Shown in pieces: positions 30,997 to 42,776 of a DNA stretch of 64,000 bases (its first letter is position 1; every line of letters begins with the position of its first letter). The stretch lies in contig VRVR01000016.1 in assembly GCA_009859145.1 (NCBI GenBank), positions 111,389 to 175,388 of the forward strand, in the 5' to 3' direction. Both the position numbers and the translations under genes were made by a program. The DNA comes from Andalucia godoyi And28. Taxonomy: Eukaryota > Protista > Jakobida. The notes beneath the pieces are model-generated. The model made no database searches. It was given only the letters and a program-made list of their open reading frames with translations, and was not told the origin of the DNA.

Positions 30997-33600
30997 ATGA
31001 GCGAGCCACCTCCAGCGTCCGCGCAGAAAAGAGTTGTTCGGATTCCCGTTGATGCGCGTCTTTTGCGGTCCATGTCGCCCGAACAACTGTCTCTGCAACT
31101 GAAAAAGGCTGGTGTGTTGGACCATTTTCTGGAGAAGTCGAATGGCAACCACGGCACGGAATCTTTTCCGCATGGAGGAGCGTCTTCTTCTTCTTCTTCT
31201 TCTCCGCTTCATGTCGTGTCTACCAATGTGCTCATTGAAAAGACTATGGAAAACGCAACATCACCTGGCAGTGCACGTCGAGAAGGCTACACCAACAACG
31301 AAAAAAGGAATAATGTCAATGACAACAGTAATAACACGAGTGCAGGTAGGAATAGGAATAGAAGCAGTACGAGTCCAAGGTTTCAGAGTCCGACGTATGC
31401 TTCGACGCTGCATCAGTTTCAGTCACCACGGTCTCCGAGTCCTACGAGAAGTCAGTCGAGACCGCAATCACATGGGCAGCAAGGGCATTATGTCCCATTC
31501 GATCAGAATGGACAGCCACAAACAGGAGATGATCGCCATCCAAACTTGTGGCCAATGTTGCTGAGACGGTATGTCGAGCGTGAGAATGGTGCGTTTCGAT
31601 CTCCTCCGAAATCGAATTCGAGAACGGCATCCCCAGTGAAATCCGTACGTCGGACAAGCCCGTCGATCGCAATGTCTCCTGGCCGACTTCAATCTCCAGA
31701 TTCTAGAAAACAGAGCCAGAGCCAAACTCACCACCATCCACATCCTCATCCTCACCATCTTCAAAATGGAGCGCCGTCTCCTCGAAGTCACGCTGTTTCA
31801 CCGTTGCGAGCGACTCCCGGAAAGACCGGAAATGGCCACAGCCACAATCGGCTGGTGTCTCCCACCAGGAATACGGCAGCGTTCTCTCCTCCGCACAGCG
31901 CACGAAAAGATGTACTCGGATCCGAGAAGAAAAAGGTTCCAAAGACATCACCAGTAAGAGATGCTGTCAACCGATCGTTTGTGGATGAGGCAGTGTTTGC
32001 AGACTTCACGGAACGGATACCTCCCATTGTGGATGTAGTGTACAAGAAAGCGGCGAACTGGACCGTCAAAATCGTATCGGAGTTCATGGACTTTTGCATT
32101 CGATGGAACGGTTGGAGAGGAAAGGAGGTTTCGTTTGCAAACCTGTTGAAGACCTTTTTTGAGAAGAAACACGGACTTGTCGACATTTGGTCACAGGTTG
32201 CGTGGGATTTTGCGTTCAACCTGGGCAGACAGCGCACAGAGTTGCTTGAGCTGGAGACAATTGCAAAGTTCATGGATGGATCGTACTCGCTGGATGATTT
32301 CAGAGCGTACGTCGACGCACGTGTGCTGGTGTCCAACGAGTTGTTTTACAAATCTCCGCCACAGCTCAAGCATCTTTCCCGTGAGGAATGCAAGAAGGTT
32401 TCCAAGGCTTTTGTGGTTCAGATCGTAGGAGATCCGCGGTATCTCGGAAAATTCTGGTCTTTTGTTCGCGGCTGGTTCGAAAGTGGAAACGATAGCATCG
32501 AGCTTTCCCGATGGCTTGCGTTTGTTGCGCATTTCTTCCATGCGGTGTACATGCAGATCCTGCCTTCCATGATAGGGTCCCCGGGCTCCCCATCCGTGGC
32601 GCACCAGTCTACCGCAGAGTCGATTGACCTGCCCTCGTCAGTTTGGACAGATTCGTCGCCGCGACAAGCACGCCTCTTTGAGAAACTGAAAGAGATGCAT
32701 GTCCCGGACTCCTCGCGCGCCGCAGGTGCGCAGCACTACATGGATCCGCATTCGGGCAGAGAGCCGCGTCAACGCAGCCCCCGGAGAAATTCTCCGCCGC
32801 GTCGTTCCACCGTCGATCCGGCATACGGATTTGCGGACAAAGTACAGCAGCAGCACCCGGGTCGTGGGGAGCAGTTCGCTCTCAGCGCTGCGGATGTTAG
32901 TGCGATTGAGAATATCAACGCGGATACGTCCATGGCCGCGATCCGTCCAGCTCCCGTGGAAGTGAAGTCGCAAGAGAAAGAAAGAGAAGACATGTTTTTC
33001 GAGTTGGAACGCATTGTCATGTCCTTTCCGGCCTGTGTGAAGTTGTCTGTGGACGAGCCTTCGTTCTTTTTGGATTTTCTGTACCGCCTGGCCGGCCAAT
33101 GCCATGCATATCTTCTGGTTCTTACCCATGGAGTTTCTTACTTTTCCCATCCCGCATTCGCAAAGGTTTGCACTGTTCTATTTCAGCGGGTTTCTGACAT
33201 TTTCGACGCGTTGACTGTCAACAAAACGGAGATGATTCCAAGAAATATGCCCTCAACCTTGTCCGACGTGTTGGCCCGTCATCGAGAGGCAGAGTCGAAT
33301 CTATCGCTGTCCGTTGACGTCGCTATGACGTCTGTGAACGAGTTGTTCGATCGAGTATGCAAGGCAATTATCGGATGCACTCATGTCCGTGACGAGGTGG
33401 AACCCGCTTGCGCATTTGCTGTCTATTCGATTGAAAGCGTTGCCGGAAAGGAACTTGCAATGATTGCGGGTGAGGAAGATCTGAACGGGAAGTTTGCAGA
33501 AATGAACCTCCTCGAACCGGTTCCTGACAATTTTGCCTCGGACCAACAGCACGTTGCCGTTCATGAAGAAGTTCATCGGTCTGACGCTTCTGAAATATAG
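30997..33600 (+). CDS. Hypothetical protein: Ser/Pro/Arg-rich N-terminus plus helical domain shared with 14055-15695
   Basis: 867-aa ORF with coding-like composition. Confidence 0.75.
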   Translation: MSEPPPASAQKRVVRIPVDARLLRSMSPEQLSLQLKKAGVLDHFLEKSNGNHGTESFPHGGASSSSSSSPLHVVSTNVLIEKTMENATSPGSARREGYTNNEKRNNVNDNSNNTSAGRNRNRSSTSPRFQSPTYASTLHQFQSPRSPSPTRSQSRPQSHGQQGHYVPFDQNGQPQTGDDRHPNLWPMLLRRYVERENGAFRSPPKSNSRTASPVKSVRRTSPSIAMSPGRLQSPDSRKQSQSQTHHHPHPHPHHLQNGAPSPRSHAVSPLRATPGKTGNGHSHNRLVSPTRNTAAFSPPHSARKDVLGSEKKKVPKTSPVRDAVNRSFVDEAVFADFTERIPPIVDVVYKKAANWTVKIVSEFMDFCIRWNGWRGKEVSFANLLKTFFEKKHGLVDIWSQVAWDFAFNLGRQRTELLELETIAKFMDGSYSLDDFRAYVDARVLVSNELFYKSPPQLKHLSREECKKVSKAFVVQIVGDPRYLGKFWSFVRGWFESGNDSIELSRWLAFVAHFFHAVYMQILPSMIGSPGSPSVAHQSTAESIDLPSSVWTDSSPRQARLFEKLKEMHVPDSSRAAGAQHYMDPHSGREPRQRSPRRNSPPRRSTVDPAYGFADKVQQQHPGRGEQFALSAADVSAIENINADTSMAAIRPAPVEVKSQEKEREDMFFELERIVMSFPACVKLSVDEPSFFLDFLYRLAGQCHAYLLVLTHGVSYFSHPAFAKVCTVLFQRVSDIFDALTVNKTEMIPRNMPSTLSDVLARHREAESNLSLSVDVAMTSVNELFDRVCKAIIGCTHVRDEVEPACAFAVYSIESVAGKELAMIAGEEDLNGKFAEMNLLEPVPDNFASDQQHVAVHEEVHRSDASEI

Positions 33601-33719
33601 TTTCCATTTCTCTCCGTTCCACTCTTTTCCTTTTCTATTTTTTGTTTCTGATCTCCTACGCCATTTTGTACATCAATCGCCACCACCACATAAAGAACAT
33701 GCACATTTTCTTTTCGTCT

Positions 33720-35523
33720 TTATTTAACAGGCGCTTCCCCTTTCTTCTCAGCTTCTTTCGCTTGGTAATACTTGGTGGACTCCTTGAAATACTTGTTTGG
33801 ATGACCGTGGGGAACGTCAGATACGTATCCGGGGTGCGTAGCATCGAAGTATCGCTGGCAAGCGACTTCGTAGTGCTGGTTCCGCACCAAATCCAGAATC
33901 TCTCCGATGACATTCTCGGTTGTGCCGTATCCAGCCAATGTCAGTTTGAGCTGATTTGCATCTTGGTGTTTGAAAGGACACCCATGGTGATCACCATAGG
34001 ATGGACCTGGATTTGTGATGATCTTTCTGCATGAGTACGGTGTGTAGTCGACCCGGCGACCTTCTTGGCCATAGTTGTGTCGGACGTTGTACGCGTACGT
34101 CTTCTCAAACTTGTCCGCTCCAACCCCCTGTCCAAACTCGCTCCTCCAGAATTCGAGAGCGTGCTCCAACGACAATCCAATGCCTTTTAAAAACAGCCCA
34201 TACTGCATGCGCCCGCCGTGCTTCAGGTGATGGACAGCCCGCAGCTGGAAATGAATCGACCGCATGCACAAGGGGAACGAACGCGTCGCAAGATGATCCA
34301 ATTGCGCAGGAAGTACTTGCTGATTGCCCGACGCATCCCATTCCTGCTGTGAAGCCGAGAATCTCTCGGAAAGCGTGTTGAGAAACGGCAGTAATCTGTC
34401 GGCCTCCATCTCGATCATCCCTGGTCTGGCTTTAAAGGTCATATTCAAGGACTCGGAAAGAACCTGTCGAAACCGCGTCACAAGAAGCGACACGAGTGAG
34501 TCACGCTCTACAAAAGCAGTTCCTCGCGACAAGAACACCCTTCTTGTTGACACAAGATCCAACACCTGGGTGAAGTGCACTTTGTAGAATTCCAGCGGTT
34601 CGATGGTCGTGCATCCTGGAATGAGGGAGCGCAGCTGATCCTCGAACATTTTCTTTTCTTCGGGCAGCGCCTTTTCACCAGGGATCTGGTTGGCTTTCAG
34701 AAACTCCTCTTTTTCAGCCGGACTCAGCATTGACAATCTGAATTTGAACAATGCGCACTCCTGAGTTAGAAACCATCGTCGCAGTGCCTCACTACACCCT
34801 CCCAATTTCAGTAAAAGAAGACAAGAAAAACCCATTAGAAACAAAACGCATAATATTAAAAAAGCCAGCAAGAAAGAAAGGAAAAGGCTGCGGGAAAGAA
34901 TAAACCATGCATACTTCTTGCAGTAGACAAGCCGCAAAATGAAATGCGAGAGGTTGTCTTGGGCGAGATCGTCGAGAAACGCAAATTTCTTCAGCGTTGC
35001 GCGTGTGTCCGCCTCAGTGGCCTTTCCTTTCAGTTTCAAAGTCTCAAGTTCACGCAGCACTGGGAGAGGGAAAGAGGGATTGAACAATAGCAAGCACGAA
35101 CGATGAGCAATCGAGGCACATGTAAAGTTGGATACAAATGCAATCAAGGAAGATGAAGACGAAAAAGAAAAGGAAAGAAGAAAAAAGAAGGACGCATACT
35201 TTTCAAACGGCGAATAGCAACATCTTCAAATTCCTCGACAGTGATTTCATGAACAGGCGGCACAGTGTACATATTCATCCATCCTGAACCACCCAACGAA
35301 TCAGTCAGTATCACATCATATCATCCTTTCCATTCAATGCGATCGCGCATGCCAACAATATCTGCAACAATAATGAAATGAGAATAAGAATAAGAAATTC
35401 CATACCTTGGCGATCAACTGACGACAGATCAATCTGCACCATTCGTCTCATCGAAACTGCTCCAGATGGGGTAGCAGGAGTAGAAGGAACATTCTTCTGA
35501 GCACGATTCACTAAACGCTTCAT
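33720..35523 (-). CDS. PRIM2: DNA primase large subunit; 4 exons (35523-35406, 35283-35200, 35059-34915, 34791-33720)
   Basis: SFPLCMR, HLKHGGRMQYGLFLKGIGL, YNVRHNYG, YTPYSC, HHGCPFKH and CQRYF (4Fe-4S domain). Three GTATG..AG introns restore a continuous frame (YTVPPVHEITVEEFE...RRLK). Confidence 0.97.
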
Positions 35524-36186
35524 GATGACGCAACGCCGGACCAGATCACGCACACTAAAGAGAAGATAGGATAAAAGCAGTTGACAAATGACAAAAGAAG
35601 ACGACGAAATCGCAGGGGAAAATGACGGGGAAAAGCTGATCCATGAAGAGGATTTTGGCGGGAAACCGAAAAAAATGAAACCTAAAACAAGCTTGGTTTC
35701 CCCGCTCAGTTCAAGGATCAATTTGATGCTTGCGTCGTGGGAAACTCGTGTCCCCTAATTTCCCTTGTGGATGTTTATTGTGTGTGTGTGCATGTGTGTG
35801 TGTGCACGTGTGTGTGTATATGTTTGAGAAAGGGCTCTAAACCAGAGAAGTTCTGTTGCGTTAGAAGAATCTGATATAGATACATACTGCGGTGGTGCAC
35901 TGTAGAGAACGCAGTGTATCCCGATTAGAAAAAAGGCCTTCATAAGCTATTGCTGGTTTTACTGTTTTCATTTTTCACTGATTTGATTTTCCTGCTTTTC
36001 CATTTATTTATTATTTTAAATTTGTATTTTTGTTTTGGATTTGGTGTGCACAGAAGAAACACAGTCGGCACAGCTTGACAGAGAAAACAAACAATCACAA
36101 CGAACTTTTCACAGGAGATTTACGTTTAATTTTTTTCTCTTCTCCTTCCTCTTTTTTTTTTTTTTTGGTGTTTGTGTGTGTTGTGG

Positions 36187-37845
36187 ATGATCTGTGCGTT
36201 TCGACCGTCTCTGTTATCTCGGTCGATTATTCAGAAATCAAAACATTATAGTCTACGAAGTCCATGTATTCGGCTGTTTTCGAATGGGACTGAGCGCATG
36301 ACTCCGCCCGTCTCGCCGAACCCACCGAGTGCTTCACTGGATTCCGAAGCAGGAAGTGTTGGCGAGATGTCCTCCTCCTCCTCCTCCTCCTCCTCTTCCT
36401 CCTCCTCCTCCTCCTCCTCTTCTTCTTCTTCTTCTTCTTCTTCTTCGACTACGGCGAACGCATCGGACGTGAATCCTGAGCGGAAAAAGGTGTTTGAAAC
36501 ATTTCGAATTGAAGAGCATTTGGAAGATGCAAAGAAGTTTGTGTATTTTGTTCATTCGGATCACCGAATTGACGAGAAGAAAGTGGTTGATGCTCGTAGT
36601 CGACGATCGAAGCACCCCAGGTGGATTGATGCGGGGCTGATGTATGTTCGAAGCGCGCTGTTGCCGAAGGGATATCCACACACCGTGTCATCTGATTACG
36701 CGAGATGGCATTTCTGGCAAGCTTGTCAGCAAGTGTGCTCTGCGTTCAACGGCGTCATGTCCACCCACGCATTGTTGACAGCTCTCGGAATGGGCTCTTC
36801 GGCTCGTTCTTCGGCTTTTGGTGCGGTTGCACAGTGGGTTCTGAAAGACGGGCTGGGGAATTTGGGCAAGATTCTTTTTGGGTGGAGGTACGGCTCCATT
36901 TTGGACTCGGATTCAAAAAAGTGGAGGTTTCGAGCTGACATATTCTTCAATGTCGGAGTGGCGATGGAGATATCCACGTTGTTTGCACCGAGCGCATTCT
37001 TGCCTCTCGCAGTGTCTGCCAATCTTGCAAAGGGCGTTGCGGCGGTTGCAGGCGGTGCAACCAGAGCTAGTATTGTCAAGTCGTTCTTGCACGGCGAGAA
37101 CATGGCGGATGTGGCAGCGAAAGCAGAGTCCCAGTCCGTCATTGCTTCTCTAGTAGGAATGTTGATGGGCATCGCTGCTCTGCCCTTTGTTTCTCATTCT
37201 AGCTTTGCTGTGGTTCAGGTGGTCGCCCTCTCGACGACGTGCCACATCATGTTCAACTACATGGCCGTTCGCCAAGTGTACCTTCCTACTCTGAACAAGT
37301 TCCGCACAACGACTGTCATGCACGGCTTCTTGAATGAGCAGATAGTTCCGTCACGAGAAGAGGTGGCAAGCGTCGAGAAGATTATGTTTCCCAACGAAGA
37401 ACAACGCCCATTTCTTGTCGTTGGACATCAGTTCCGGTTTGCTTTTGCTGGCAAGCAGGACGCTGTGAATCCAATCTTGGACATGTTTCGGCACGACGCG
37501 TATCTGCTGACTCTGAATCGCCAGAGTTTGCACATCATTTTCAGAAAAGATGTTTCCACGGAATTCGTCCTTCGCGGGGTGTTCCACGCTGCTTGCGTGC
37601 AGTATGTGCTTAACAAGATTGGTGGTCGGTCGACCTACGTCATGCTTCGAAATGCTGTTCTTGATTTGGAAGAAGAGCTAAAATTACTTCGCTACACTCA
37701 AGAGATGTGCCAGGAACAGTTTCCTGCTCTGATGAAGGGAATGCGAGAAAAAGGCTGGAATCTGAACCAACTTCTCATCGATCTCGGTCCGACTCGCCTC
37801 GACTGGCATGCTTCTTCAGACTCCATCCACGAAAGCAAGACGTAG
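36187..37845 (+). CDS. RUSF1: RUS1/DUF647 (C16orf58-like) protein with poly-Ser tract
   Basis: LLPKGYPHTVSSDY, QWVLKDGLG, DSDSKKWRFRAD and ENMADVAAKAESQ motifs. Confidence 0.92.
   Translation: MICAFRPSLLSRSIIQKSKHYSLRSPCIRLFSNGTERMTPPVSPNPPSASLDSEAGSVGEMSSSSSSSSSSSSSSSSSSSSSSSSSSTTANASDVNPERKKVFETFRIEEHLEDAKKFVYFVHSDHRIDEKKVVDARSRRSKHPRWIDAGLMYVRSALLPKGYPHTVSSDYARWHFWQACQQVCSAFNGVMSTHALLTALGMGSSARSSAFGAVAQWVLKDGLGNLGKILFGWRYGSILDSDSKKWRFRADIFFNVGVAMEISTLFAPSAFLPLAVSANLAKGVAAVAGGATRASIVKSFLHGENMADVAAKAESQSVIASLVGMLMGIAALPFVSHSSFAVVQVVALSTTCHIMFNYMAVRQVYLPTLNKFRTTTVMHGFLNEQIVPSREEVASVEKIMFPNEEQRPFLVVGHQFRFAFAGKQDAVNPILDMFRHDAYLLTLNRQSLHIIFRKDVSTEFVLRGVFHAACVQYVLNKIGGRSTYVMLRNAVLDLEEELKLLRYTQEMCQEQFPALMKGMREKGWNLNQLLIDLGPTRLDWHASSDSIHESKT

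Positions 37846-37848
<3 letters not shown>

Positions 37849-37929
<81 letters not shown>
37849..37929. repeat. (CT)n microsatellite
   Basis: Perfect run directly after the RUS1-like stop codon. Confidence 0.98.
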
Positions 37930-37939
<10 letters not shown>

Positions 37940-38299
37940 ATGTGCGCGCGCGTCTGTCTCATTGTATCCCAATGTATTCTATTGATTGTACATTTTTTTC
38001 TCCACTCTTCAGACATACTGGGAACTCAAAACATGACGGAGATCGCCGGGAATAGAACAATAAGAATCTCAAAAAGCCGCTGTAACCAAATTCTGATTTC
38101 TGGCGCCCAACAAATTCGGAATTGGCGCGTATGGAAAATTCCGGGCTTCTATTTCTCTTTCGTGTCCTCGGGACATTTCCTGTCTTTCTTTCTTTCTTTC
38201 TTCCTTTCTTATTGAATTTCCCCCCTCTCTCTTTCCAATCTTTTCTCCTTCTCTTTTCTGTCATCTTACGATCTCGTTGGAGCCAATCCTTTTATTTAA

Positions 38300-41200
38300 A
38301 TGTCCACAAAACGTGAAAATGATTCTCCTTCAGAACCTGGAGCAAAAGTAGCCCGCATAGCGCCGGCGTTCGACGATGACGATTTCCTTCTCGATGAAGA
38401 CTTTGCATACGAACCACAGCAACATTCTCAAGCTTCTCAAAATGCAGCGGGTTTTCCTCCGGTTGCGGCACAAGCAACTTCAAAGTCTCTCTCGATTACA
38501 ACGAACTATTCTGCGAAAACGAGTGCTACTTCCGCAAACTCGGCGCTGCCGAATCCGTCGTCTGCAGCGAAGAAACCCGGGTTCCATTCTGGGAGCGGCG
38601 GTCATCCGTCAAGCTCGGCGAAGCCGTCTAATCCAAGCAACAGCTACGGAAGCAAGAACGGGTCTCAAGAGAAAAAACCTTTTGTTCCTCGAAAACGGAG
38701 GAATGATGATGACGATGACGTGGGTGACTTTGGAGACGAGGATGAGGACAATGATGTTGATGACATTGGTATAGATTTTGAAGACGACATGATGGAAGAG
38801 GGCGAAGGATCTGTGCTGGATGAGACTGCTTTTGGGGACCGTGCTCGATCAAGATATGATGACCTGATGAAGCAACTGGCACCGATCCGAGATGCGAATG
38901 ACGAAGAAGAGTTGGATCGACGGTTTGCATGGATGCGGCCGCCATTGACAAAGGTGTCGGATCCCAGTGAAGAATCCATTTCGTTCATGCAAGTTGATAT
39001 GGATTACACAGTAGGACCGGCATTGGACGATGTCCCATTGTTTGTGGATCACAAGAAGCCTGGAAAACGAAAACAGGTGCCCATTGTCCGGATGTTTGGA
39101 ATCACAAAAACGGGAATGTCTGTTTTGGCACACATCTATGGATTTGAGCCATATTTCTACATTGAATCACCCCAAGGATTCTCGGATTCTGAAATGGCGA
39201 CTCTTGTCCGGATTCTCAACAACTATCTCATGAAGAAGGATTCGAAGAACGATCCAGACAATCTGCCAGTTTTGCGAGTTGAGGCAGAGTCGAAACAGTC
39301 CATCATGTACTACCGTTTCGGAGCACAGCATACGTTTTTGAGGATTACAACGTCGTTGCCAAAGTTTGTGCCGGAGTGCAAATCAGCGCTGGCGAAGGGA
39401 TTTGAATTTCCGGGTCGCGGACCATTGCAGTTCACAACTTACGAATCGGACGTACTGTTCATTCTGCGTTTCATGATCGACACCGACGTTGTCGGAGGAA
39501 ATTGGATCGAGCTTCCAGCCGGAAAGTATTTGTACTCGGGAGATAATTCTCGCACTGTGTCCCAGAAAATGAGGTCGATGTTCACAAGTGCTTCGATGAG
39601 TGACTGGAAACTGCCTCCTCGCACATCTGTTTCGCAGTTCGAGGTCTGGGCACATTACAGGGATTTTATCTCGCATGCTCCTGTGGGTGAATGGGCTCGC
39701 ATCGCGCCGCTCAGGGTGTTCTCATTTGATATTGAATGCGCTGGACGCAAGGGAGTCTTTCCGGAACCAGAGCATGATCCTGTGATCCAGATTGCAACAG
39801 TTGTGAACCACTATGGTATTACCTCTGTGTCCTCAACGGCTGCGGTCGCGTCTGAGGATGAAGACGATGCCCCAGACAGACTGGCAAACAAGTATCGGCC
39901 AACGGTGATCAGGACGGTGTTTACTCTTGGCACGTGTGCACCGATTGTTGGAAGCGATGTCATTCCCTGCAAAACCGAAGTGGAACTGCTGTCCCGATGG
40001 CGGGAGTTCTTTACGCTGGTTGATCCCGATTTTGTCATTGGGTACAACATTGCAAACTTTGATCTCCCGTATCTGCTTGACCGTGCCGACAAACTCGGTC
40101 TCAAGAACTTTGCGCACTTGTCCCGAATTGTGGGACTGCTATCGAAAGCAAAAGACACTCGTTTCTCGTCGGCTGCATACGGTACGCGAGAATCGAAGGA
40201 GGTTTCCATGCCTGCTCGAGTCACGTTCGACGTGATGCAAGCCGTGCAGAGAGACTACAAGCTGTCGTCGTACTCTTTGAACGCGGTGTCTTCCCATTTC
40301 CTCGGAGAGCAGAAGGAAGACGTGCATCATTCGATCATTTCGGAATTGCAGGAGGGAAACGAAGACACTCGAAGACGCTTGGCTGTGTACTGTCTGAAAG
40401 ATGCCTTGCTGCCGCTTCGAATTCTCGAACGATTGATGATGGTTCCGAATTACCTCGAAATGGCTCGTGTGACAGGTGTTCCGCTTGGATTCCTTCTCTC
40501 GCGCGGTCAGCAGATCAAGGTCATTTCGCAGCTTCTTCGCAAAACGAAAACCCGGAACATTATCATGCCGACTTATTCAAGGAAGGCAGAGACTTCGGAA
40601 ACGTACGAGGGAGCCACTGTTATCGAGCCAAAGAAGGGGTTTTATGAGAAGCCAATCGCAACTCTGGATTTTGCTTCCCTGTACCCGTCCATTATGATGG
40701 CCCACAATTTGTGCTACACAACTCTTGTGCGCCCCTCCGACGTCAGCAAACTGTCCAGTGTCGATGAAAAGTTGCGCGAACAGGAATGGGCGAGAACGAG
40801 GAGCGACGCTGACGGTGCATTGGATGAAGTGTCTGCAGATCCAATTGCGTATCGAAAGACTCCAAATGGGGATGTTTTTGTGTCTGCAAAATTGCAGAAG
40901 GGAATTCTCCCGGAAATTCTCGAAGAACTTCTAGCTGCGCGTAAGCGAGCAAAGCAGGATCTCGCAAAGTCCACGGATCCGTTCGAAAAGGCCGTGTTGG
41001 ATGGAAGGCAGCTTGCGCTGAAGGTCTCTGCGAACTCGGTGTACGGATTTACCGGTGCCACGGTAGGAAAATTGCCGTGTTTGGAAATTTCATCGTCCGT
41101 TACGGCGTTCGGCCGAGAAATGATCAATCTCACCAAGCAAACAGTGGAATCCGAGTTTCCAGGAGCGGAAGTTGTTTACGGCGATACAGATTCCGTCATG

Positions 41201-42229
41201 GTGTCCTTCCCAGTTGGGCAGGATGAGGTTGCAAAAGCAATGGAACTCGGTCGGATTGCTGCCAAGACAATTACCAGCAAATTTCAACGGCCCATTTCGC
41301 TGGAATTCGAAAAGGTCTACTTCCCGTTCTTGCTGATTTCGAAGAAGCGGTATGCTGGATTGCTGTGGACCAAGCCAGATAAGTACGACAAGATGGACTT
41401 TAAAGGTCTGGAGGTCGTTCGCCGAGACAACTGCTTGCTCGTGCGTCAAGTGGTCGACACAGTTCTTCGTAAGATATTGATTGAAAGGTCGCCGGAGGGT
41501 GCGAAGAGTTACGTGAAGTCGATCATTTCAGACCTGCTGAGAAACAAGATGGATATTTCGATGCTTGTGATTACCAAGGCACTGTCAAAGAGCGGATCAG
41601 ATTACGCTGCAAAGCAGGCGCACGTGGAGCTCGCTGAAAGAATGAGAAAACGTGACGCTGGGACTGCCCCGCACATTGGCGATCGTGTCCCGTACGTCAT
41701 TATCAAGGGTGCTAAGGGTGCAAAAGCATACGAAAAAGCAGAGGACCCCATTTACGTGCTGGAAAACAACATTCCGATTGACACGCAGCACTACCTCGAG
41801 CATCAGTTGTCCCTTCCATTAACCCGCATTTTTGAAGGAATTATGTCTCGGCCGGAGTCGCTGTTTTCCGGGGAGCATACCAGAGCGATCTCCATTTCAA
41901 CGCCTTCTGTTGGCGGTATCATGAAGTTCGCAAAGAAGACGATGTCCTGTCTGGGATGCCGGACTCCATTGCCTGCTGATCAGCAGGACAAGGCGCTGTG
42001 TGTTCATTGCCAGGCCAAGGAGCCAGACATTTATCAGAAGAATCTGACGGAGCTTTGTGATCTAGAGCAGCAATTCGGCAAGCTGTGGACGGAGTGCCAG
42101 CGCTGCCAGGGTGCGCTGCACCTGGATGTTCTTTGCACAAATCGGGATTGCCCGATTTTCTACATGCGGAAAAAAGTTGCAAAGGATCTGAAGGACATGC
42201 AAGACACTGTCGATCGATTCGGATGGTAG
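38300..42229 (+). CDS. POLD1: DNA polymerase delta catalytic subunit (intronless)
   Basis: Exo I FDIEC, GYNIANFDLPY, DFASLYPSIMMAHNLCY, QLALKVSANSVYGFTG, YGDTDS and C-terminal CysA/CysB motifs. Confidence 0.99.
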   Translation: MSTKRENDSPSEPGAKVARIAPAFDDDDFLLDEDFAYEPQQHSQASQNAAGFPPVAAQATSKSLSITTNYSAKTSATSANSALPNPSSAAKKPGFHSGSGGHPSSSAKPSNPSNSYGSKNGSQEKKPFVPRKRRNDDDDDVGDFGDEDEDNDVDDIGIDFEDDMMEEGEGSVLDETAFGDRARSRYDDLMKQLAPIRDANDEEELDRRFAWMRPPLTKVSDPSEESISFMQVDMDYTVGPALDDVPLFVDHKKPGKRKQVPIVRMFGITKTGMSVLAHIYGFEPYFYIESPQGFSDSEMATLVRILNNYLMKKDSKNDPDNLPVLRVEAESKQSIMYYRFGAQHTFLRITTSLPKFVPECKSALAKGFEFPGRGPLQFTTYESDVLFILRFMIDTDVVGGNWIELPAGKYLYSGDNSRTVSQKMRSMFTSASMSDWKLPPRTSVSQFEVWAHYRDFISHAPVGEWARIAPLRVFSFDIECAGRKGVFPEPEHDPVIQIATVVNHYGITSVSSTAAVASEDEDDAPDRLANKYRPTVIRTVFTLGTCAPIVGSDVIPCKTEVELLSRWREFFTLVDPDFVIGYNIANFDLPYLLDRADKLGLKNFAHLSRIVGLLSKAKDTRFSSAAYGTRESKEVSMPARVTFDVMQAVQRDYKLSSYSLNAVSSHFLGEQKEDVHHSIISELQEGNEDTRRRLAVYCLKDALLPLRILERLMMVPNYLEMARVTGVPLGFLLSRGQQIKVISQLLRKTKTRNIIMPTYSRKAETSETYEGATVIEPKKGFYEKPIATLDFASLYPSIMMAHNLCYTTLVRPSDVSKLSSVDEKLREQEWARTRSDADGALDEVSADPIAYRKTPNGDVFVSAKLQKGILPEILEELLAARKRAKQDLAKSTDPFEKAVLDGRQLALKVSANSVYGFTGATVGKLPCLEISSSVTAFGREMINLTKQTVESEFPGAEVVYGDTDSVMVSFPVGQDEVAKAMELGRIAAKTITSKFQRPISLEFEKVYFPFLLISKKRYAGLLWTKPDKYDKMDFKGLEVVRRDNCLLVRQVVDTVLRKILIERSPEGAKSYVKSIISDLLRNKMDISMLVITKALSKSGSDYAAKQAHVELAERMRKRDAGTAPHIGDRVPYVIIKGAKGAKAYEKAEDPIYVLENNIPIDTQHYLEHQLSLPLTRIFEGIMSRPESLFSGEHTRAISISTPSVGGIMKFAKKTMSCLGCRTPLPADQQDKALCVHCQAKEPDIYQKNLTELCDLEQQFGKLWTECQRCQGALHLDVLCTNRDCPIFYMRKKVAKDLKDMQDTVDRFGW

Positions 42230-42472
42230 ACATTGGAAATCGTGACCGCTGCCACTTATTGTGATATGATGAAGCAGTCTGAAGCGCACGCAAAGAAAAA
42301 CACTGCCACGCGCCATGCGCATGCGTTTGCTATCTTAGCACCTCCGTCACACGATGCCGATTCGTTTCGCCCCATTTTGATCATGAAGTCCCTATAAACA
42401 CGCAGCCGTGTTGCATTCTCGCACAGCGACACTCATTTCTTATTTTTATTGTCCATGCAACGCAACATCTAT

Positions 42473-42608
42473 CTTGGGAACGTCTCTCATGCCGAGGGGG
42501 CGTGTTGGGGCCTACCCCCCTTCCCAATCATGCTATGCATGTTGCTGGGTTGCAACATTGATTATAGGTGATCGGTGATGATTATCCGTGGTCAGTGTAC
42601 AATGTAGG
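42473..42608 (-). repeat. Degenerate partial third copy of the dispersed element
   Basis: CAGTGTACAATGTAGG (42593-42608) is 16/16 identical to the reverse complement of 48669-48684. GGCGTGTTGG..GCC.A.CCCC.TTCCC (42499-42525) matches the same block in both full copies at similar spacing. Confidence 0.7.
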
Positions 42609-42776
42609 TGTGTAATCGTGATGCATTTTCCGGTTTCTTGTTTATTATTATTAAATCAACCAATTAATATTATCGTTATTGCCGCTGTTTGATTGGCTGG
42701 TTGGTTGTTTCGTTTCGTTTCATTCCGTCCCTTCTTCTTTTTACATAGACGGGATACGAAAAAAAGAACTTCGTTG

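Noticed and set aside
33720-42229. Proximity of PRIM2 and POLD1 as a replication gene cluster
   Set aside because: They are separated by an unrelated RUS1-like gene, and adjacency is expected by chance in a compact genome.
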